Part shown: one piece after another, positions 58,709-64,000 of the stretch
How positions within the stretch are numbered: the stretch's first letter is position 1
Layout: each line of letters starts with the position of its first letter
Assembly (NCBI GenBank): GCA_010093745.1
Contig: MU005980.1
Location: forward strand, 87,440 to 151,439
DNA from: Piedraia hortae CBS 480.64
Lineage: Eukaryota
DNA length: 64,000 nt
Direction of reading: 5' to 3'
Translations under genes and position numbers: made by a program
The notes under the pieces: generated by a model
Database searches by the model: none
Seen by the model: only the letters and a program-made list of their open reading frames with translations
What the model was told of the DNA's origin: nothing

Positions 58709-59931
58709 CTAATCCTGTGGATCGTTAAACGGATTCTCTTCATCATCATCAACAGGTCTGTTTTGGCGTGTATGAGCCTCGGACCTATATGGAGCAAGCA
58801 GAGGGCCCATTCGGGCCGTGAGAGCTGGGTCATCGGTTGTATGACCGGCGTAACGCACCCAGGCTTTGTTATAATTATCAGTGGCAACTTCCAATGCCCT
58901 AAGATCTTGCTCCAAGAACTTTATCTCTGTCGGGTCCGTTGCTGAGTCTAATCTTGCTTCCACACGGGTTTTAATCTTTATGCACTCTCCCATTGTATCC
59001 TGCATGGTGTATAGTGTCGAGGGGTCATGTCTATGCCACTCCATATCATCCACGACAATACGGAGGTTCCTTACAGCTCTCCGAACCTCATAATGGAGAG
59101 CTTCGTACTCGGTTGTGGGTTCAAGGTTTTCTACGGATCGATTGGATAAACGATTGCTTGCTCTGCTGAACCTTCGCACAAGGGATTCCCTGAGCGATGA
59201 AGGGGATGTGGGAGATGTGGGAGACGTGGCAGACGTCGGAGCCGTGGGAGAAATGGTTTGTTGAGAAAATCGACGACGAGCAGGAGGAATCGGAGGTGGT
59301 CTTCGTTGCGCTGGACTTGTCTGTTGTGATGGCCCTGCTTGTTGGAACTTTGATGATTCTCCTTGCTGAGATGCCCCTTGCGACAATTCTCTTTGCCGAG
59401 ACGCCGCTTGCTTTGACAATTCTCTCTTTTGCAAAGACTGTGCAGTTGCATCTTTGTTCGTGGTAATCCGATCGTTCAGCTTTGAGAAATTTGCGAGTCT
59501 GGTATTCCCACTGTGCACATCCGACCAGCTGCGGATAAGTGCTCGACATTTACGTCTTACGTCCTGGTCAGGCGCTTGCGTTGCTACCCTTAGCAGACAG
59601 CCCACAAGCTTGTCGTCTGTGTTAAATTGACGCTGTTGTTCCCCTTCCATGTTCGATAACAGAGCGTCTAGGACAACAAGTATTCGAATCTGCTTGTGCT
59701 TGTCGTTTTCCTCACTGATATGTCGACTCAGCCTTGTGCATAGTTAGTACAGATAACTTACAGCATTTTTCGGATTTTCCTTGTGGCTTCGGGTGCGCCA
59801 CTATCGGGTTGTAATTTGATGACTTCAACGAGGAATTCGAGACCGGTGTAGTCTTCTGCCTCAACACCTGGCCTTGTCATGACGTCGATTTGTGTGGAGA
59901 CAGCAGAATAAGGCTTCTTTTTGGAGAACAT
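58709..59931 (-). CDS. LSB5: Lsb5-like VHS-GAT-NPF adaptor, copy 10 (most canonical)
   Basis: Exon 1 MFSKKKPYSAVSTQIDVMT...EDYTGLEFLVEVIKLQPDSGAPEATRKIRKML; intron 59715-59761. VHS, proline-rich RRPPPIPP, GAT-like helices, acidic C-terminus DDDEENPFND. Confidence 0.75.
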
Positions 59932-60235
59932 TATGGGTAGTGTGGAATGTGTGTGGATGTCCGACGGGTGTTGGAACTTATTATACTGTTGAGGGAAGGT
60001 GGGGCGCGGTTATTTGCATACGTCATGGTGCATTAGTCGTCTTGCTCAGCAAAGCGGCAGGCATAAACTCATTAGCGAGTTAAGTCATTTGTCCGAGGCA
60101 TACTATGATATGTTGCTGCAGGATAAACCCACCTGCGTATTCATCATTCCTATGTACATACCCTGCCGCATGGCTTTATACAGTCATCACCCCAATTAGC
60201 AATACACCCCAGAACAGCATTCATACCCAGTACCC

Positions 60236-63200
60236 CTACCCATCCCCCAAATCTACCCCTAATCCAACACTCGAACTCTCACTAATCCTCGTCTTCTTCT
60301 TCGGCGTCTTTGGCGAAGCATCCATCCCCTTCCTTGGCGTAATCCCCTTTCTGGGCGTCCTCAGCGGAGACGCCAACTCCCTAAACCTTGCCTGTTCCAT
60401 TAACAAATCGTAATTTAACTCCATCAGTTGCTCCGTCTGTACGCGAATACTCTCCAAAGTTCCCTCAAGCGTAGCATTATCTTGCGAGCCTTGTAAGTCT
60501 GGCAAGCCTGGAGAGCCGTGTAAGCCCAGGGAGGTTTCCTCCCCGCCGATATCCTCAGATGAGCAAAGCGGAGAGCGGAATGGATCCTGGCCCTTCCTTG
60601 AAGAAGATGGGATGTTCAGAGGTGTCCGCGGCGTAAAGCCCAACTCGGGCGTTTCCAGCTCCTTAATCCGCGTCTCTTTTTTACTGAGCTCTGCCTCCAA
60701 CGCCTTGATATGGGAAGTTAAATTCTCAACCTCACCCTCCAGAATCACAATTTTTTTTCGCGATTCCTCCCCTTTCTTCGAGAGTTCACCTTCCAACCCC
60801 CCAATCTCGCCTTTGAGTCTCTCAACCTCCCCCTCCAACCCCCCAACTCTCTCCTCTGCCGTCCCAAGAGCAGAGATTTTCGCGTAGAGTTCTCCCTCGG
60901 CTCTTTCCCTTGCACTCTCCAACTCTGCCTTCGCAGACTCGGTTTTGGATAGGAGGGTTTTTGTAAGACTCAATGCATCACGCAGGCGGTCTAGTTCCGC
61001 GGACTGGAGGGATGTTTCGCGCTCGTGGTGGGATGTTGCGTCGCGTAGGAGGGATTCTGTTCTGGAGAGGTCTGCTGTGAGGGAAATGATTTTTTCTTCG
61101 GAAGTTGTGAGCTGCGATTGGAGGGAGGTGAGGGTTGGTTCTTTTGCGGATAGGTCTGCTGTTAACGAGGCGAGTTTTTTCTCTTTTTCGGAGAGCGCCA
61201 CGATTAGGGAATCGAGTTTTGAATGTGAGGCGGTGAGTTCTTCTTCTGAGGTGGTGAGTTTAGATTGGAGGGAGGTCAGTTCTTCTTTTGAGTGGGTGAG
61301 TTCTTCCTTTGAGAGGGCGAGTTGGGACTGGAAGAGTAGGACTTGCTGTGAGACTTGAGTTGCTTTTTCGGATGAGGTGGAGAGTTGGTCTTCGAGGGAG
61401 GTGAGTTGGGTTTCTTTTGAGGAGAGTTGTGAGGCCAATTCGCGGTGAGAGGTTTCGGACTCGGCGAGTTTAAATTGTATGTTGGTGAGTCGTTTGCTTA
61501 GCTCGCGCTCAGAGGTCTCAGCTGCAGAGAGCTTGCTCTGTAGTTGAGTGATTTCATTGTCTTTGGATGCATTGGACTGTCTCTTGGAGGCTAACTCTTC
61601 CTGGGATTTGGTGAGCTCTGCTTTGGATATAGCTAACTGTGCTCGGAGATCTTTGATCTCGCCTTCAAATTTTGACCGCGCAGACTGCATGTCTCCCTGA
61701 ACTCTGGAGAGTTTCACCTCCCATGCTCCCTGTTCATCCTGCAGTTTAGCCTCCAGATATATTTTGTCATCCTCCACCTGAGATTTCTCAGCTTTAGCTT
61801 CGTCCAACTGTCCTTTGACCATTGCCAGTTCGTCTTTGATCACTTCTGACGCCTCTCGCACCTCACCCAGCTGCTTCCGCAAGGCTTCGGTCTCCTCATT
61901 CCGCGTTTGCACTTCCTCCCGCGCTGTGGCAAGCAGCGATTGCAAATCCCCAATCTTCGCCGCACTGAGCCATTTTCCCGCCTGAAGCTCCTTCTCCTTC
62001 TCAGCCGCAGCCTCCTCGGTCTTGGCTTTTGCGTCATCAACTTGTTTCTGTAGTTCAGCGAGCTGAGAGCGGGTGTTTTCTTCGAGACTGCATTTCATGT
62101 TATCCTTCTCCTCACGCAGAGAAGAGGCCAATTGAGTGGCTGTCTCGAGGTCAGCACGCATAGTCGAGAGGGTCGTTTCCAGCTTCGATGACTTCGACTT
62201 TGCATCGGATGCCTCAACAGCCAGGCTTGCACTCTTCTCCTGAGCCTCATCCAGGCTTCTGCGCAGGGTAGACAGCTCCGACTCCAGCTCCCTAGCCTTG
62301 GAGGCGGAGCCATCTCTCTCGGCTTTGAGGGTGTCATATTCCCCACGAAGCGAAGCAATCTCATCTTCCAGATCAGCCACCTTCTTCGCCGAAGCATCAT
62401 GATTTTCATCCAACCTCTGCTGGAAGTCCTCAGTAACCCTTCTCACCTCCTCATCCCTCTCCCCGGCCTCCCTCTCCATCCCCGCAATAACCTCTTGCGA
62501 CCTCACCCTCTGCTTTCGTAACTCATCCAACTCCTGCAAATACTGACTCACACACTTCTCCCGCTCGTTCTGCAGCTCCTGCAACCTCGAAATCTGCTCC
62601 CCATACTCCTTATCCTTCTTCGCTAGCGCAGCAGCTTGCGTAGCAAGCTGTTCCTTACACCTCGCCTCCAGAGCCTGTACCTTTACCCGCTCCTCTTTCA
62701 ATTTCACATCACCATCCTGGGCCTTCTTCCTCTCCCTGCCCAGTTCCAGCCGAAGGGCCTCTTTCTCTTCATCCCGCTTCTTAAGCGCAGCCTCATTCAC
62801 CTTTTTCGCAACAGCCAGCTCGTTTTTCACTTGGTCGACAGCAGCACGTTTCTCCTGCGCCTTTTTTCTCTCATCGAGGTTTAATTTCTGCTGACAGCGG
62901 TCGATTTCTTCTTTGAGGTCTTTGATCACGAGAGATAGCTGGTCGAGATCGCGGTCTTTGGCTTGGAGCTCCCGCTGGAGTTTTTGCTCTTCTGCTCTTG
63001 CTTCGTGCAGGGCATGCTCTACGATGTGGATTTTGGTGTCGACGGTTGAGAGAGAGGGGGTTTGGCCGTGGTTGGTGGGGCTTTTGGACTTGAAATCCGC
63101 GTCCAGATGGAAGTTGCCGTCTTCTTCGAGTGGTGTGTTGGCGGGGAAGAGGCTGCGGATGGATTGCATGTCTTGCAGGGTGAGTTCGTCCGAAGCCGGG

Positions 63201-63751
63201 AGCTTCAGGGCGCCGCGGACTTCAAGCTTCGGGGGCGGCTTCTCGCTGCCTGCGTCGCTTGCGGCGATTTTCGTCTTGGATGGGGCTGATGGTCGTGCAT
63301 TTGCCGCGGCCACTTTGGGCGCAGACGGCTGCTTCGAGGGGAGCTTTGCGACGGTTGGACGGGCGGGGGTGGAGGCTGCGGCAGATTTGGCTGCTGTGGC
63401 CGCTGTGGGAGCGACGGCTCTGGACGTACGGCCTGGGCCTGCTGTCGCGGAGGTTGTCACGGCGCTCCTAGTCGAACTTGTCCGCGATGCGACGGCGGGT
63501 CGCAGCGGCGCAGCGGGTCGCGTCTTGGAGTCGCGTGGCGCATCGCTGGTCGGAGGCCGCCCCAGGGCCGGGCGCTTCGCATCCGTTGTAGTCGCGGACG
63601 TGCGCGCAGTCTTACCCGCAGTCTCCGCTGTCGTTTTGTTGGGCCTGGCCGGGGGCTTCGTCGTCCCGCGAGACGTCATCGTGAGTTTGGAATGCGGGAA
63701 GAAGCGGCGGGATGGGGCGGGGGTGATGACGTTGAGCGACGCGGCAGCCAC
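60236..63751 (-). CDS. Large coiled-coil protein with basic Ala/Thr/Pro-rich N-terminus
   Basis: 1171-codon ORF with a long heptad-rich region and C-terminal TPRK/SPKTPKK CDK-like sites. First in-frame ATG at 63679; true start uncertain. Confidence 0.8.
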   Translation of the reverse strand: MAAASLNVITPAPSRRFFPHSKLTMTSRGTTKPPARPNKTTAETAGKTARTSATTTDAKRPALGRPPTSDAPRDSKTRPAAPLRPAVASRTSSTRSAVTTSATAGPGRTSRAVAPTAATAAKSAAASTPARPTVAKLPSKQPSAPKVAAANARPSAPSKTKIAASDAGSEKPPPKLEVRGALKLPASDELTLQDMQSIRSLFPANTPLEEDGNFHLDADFKSKSPTNHGQTPSLSTVDTKIHIVEHALHEARAEEQKLQRELQAKDRDLDQLSLVIKDLKEEIDRCQQKLNLDERKKAQEKRAAVDQVKNELAVAKKVNEAALKKRDEEKEALRLELGRERKKAQDGDVKLKEERVKVQALEARCKEQLATQAAALAKKDKEYGEQISRLQELQNEREKCVSQYLQELDELRKQRVRSQEVIAGMEREAGERDEEVRRVTEDFQQRLDENHDASAKKVADLEDEIASLRGEYDTLKAERDGSASKARELESELSTLRRSLDEAQEKSASLAVEASDAKSKSSKLETTLSTMRADLETATQLASSLREEKDNMKCSLEENTRSQLAELQKQVDDAKAKTEEAAAEKEKELQAGKWLSAAKIGDLQSLLATAREEVQTRNEETEALRKQLGEVREASEVIKDELAMVKGQLDEAKAEKSQVEDDKIYLEAKLQDEQGAWEVKLSRVQGDMQSARSKFEGEIKDLRAQLAISKAELTKSQEELASKRQSNASKDNEITQLQSKLSAAETSERELSKRLTNIQFKLAESETSHRELASQLSSKETQLTSLEDQLSTSSEKATQVSQQVLLFQSQLALSKEELTHSKEELTSLQSKLTTSEEELTASHSKLDSLIVALSEKEKKLASLTADLSAKEPTLTSLQSQLTTSEEKIISLTADLSRTESLLRDATSHHERETSLQSAELDRLRDALSLTKTLLSKTESAKAELESARERAEGELYAKISALGTAEERVGGLEGEVERLKGEIGGLEGELSKKGEESRKKIVILEGEVENLTSHIKALEAELSKKETRIKELETPELGFTPRTPLNIPSSSRKGQDPFRSPLCSSEDIGGEETSLGLHGSPGLPDLQGSQDNATLEGTLESIRVQTEQLMELNYDLLMEQARFRELASPLRTPRKGITPRKGMDASPKTPKKKTRISESSSVGLGVDLGDG

Positions 63752-64000
63752 ACACCATGGGAAGCTTCCATGTCATCATTGTCGGTAGCGATAACTGTCT
63801 GTGAATGGCCATTTCGTCAGTTCGGTCCATCTGTGCTTATCCAGCGATTGGGGCATGTCACGCCATCTGCCAACCTGACCGCGACGTCACCGTAGATTCC
63901 AGAGTTGGCCTAGTTACATCACAGTCTGTAAACGATGTATTCTATCTAGTGTCTGCTTCCATGTAGTCTTCATGTAGTGTTTGTTCTGCCAAAGTAGATG

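Noticed and set aside
380..59931. Apparent ubiquitin-themed gene cluster (CUE, BTB, HECT, RING, VHS-GAT)
   Set aside because: These families are abundant and are interspersed with unrelated housekeeping genes; no evidence of co-regulation.

Overview
Eukaryotic DNA from a filamentous ascomycete (Pezizomycotina-type genes; 41-53 bp GT-AG introns with CTAAC/CTGAC branch sites). Dense islands of conserved genes alternate with degenerate, LTR-rich blocks. Conserved genes: a CUE/Smr protein, intron-containing tRNA-Lys(UUU), COX15, CapZ alpha, MTAP/MEU1, MAK5, an AZUL-HECT ligase, an SDR, a RING-H2 ligase, EMP65/TAPT1, acuK/ERT1, a Ppc89-like protein, a GMPPA-like protein and a large coiled-coil protein. 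Degenerate blocks hold a Ty3/gypsy gag-pro relic, several solo LTRs (three with clear 5-bp target-site duplications), two inverted BTB pseudogenes and a MYND pseudogene. The main find is a ~15 kb head-to-tail array (45.3-60 kb, all minus strand) of ten strongly diverged paralogs of the normally single-copy endocytic adaptor Lsb5 (VHS-GAT-NPF). The copies share one intron position, and most share promoter and 3' motifs. Three keep a GAT-like domain and only one keeps the NPFxD motif; the others carry Gln-rich pentapeptide minisatellite tails. Several are disabled by nonsense changes, splice-site loss or LTR insertion. All family assignments come from motif recognition by eye, not database searches.
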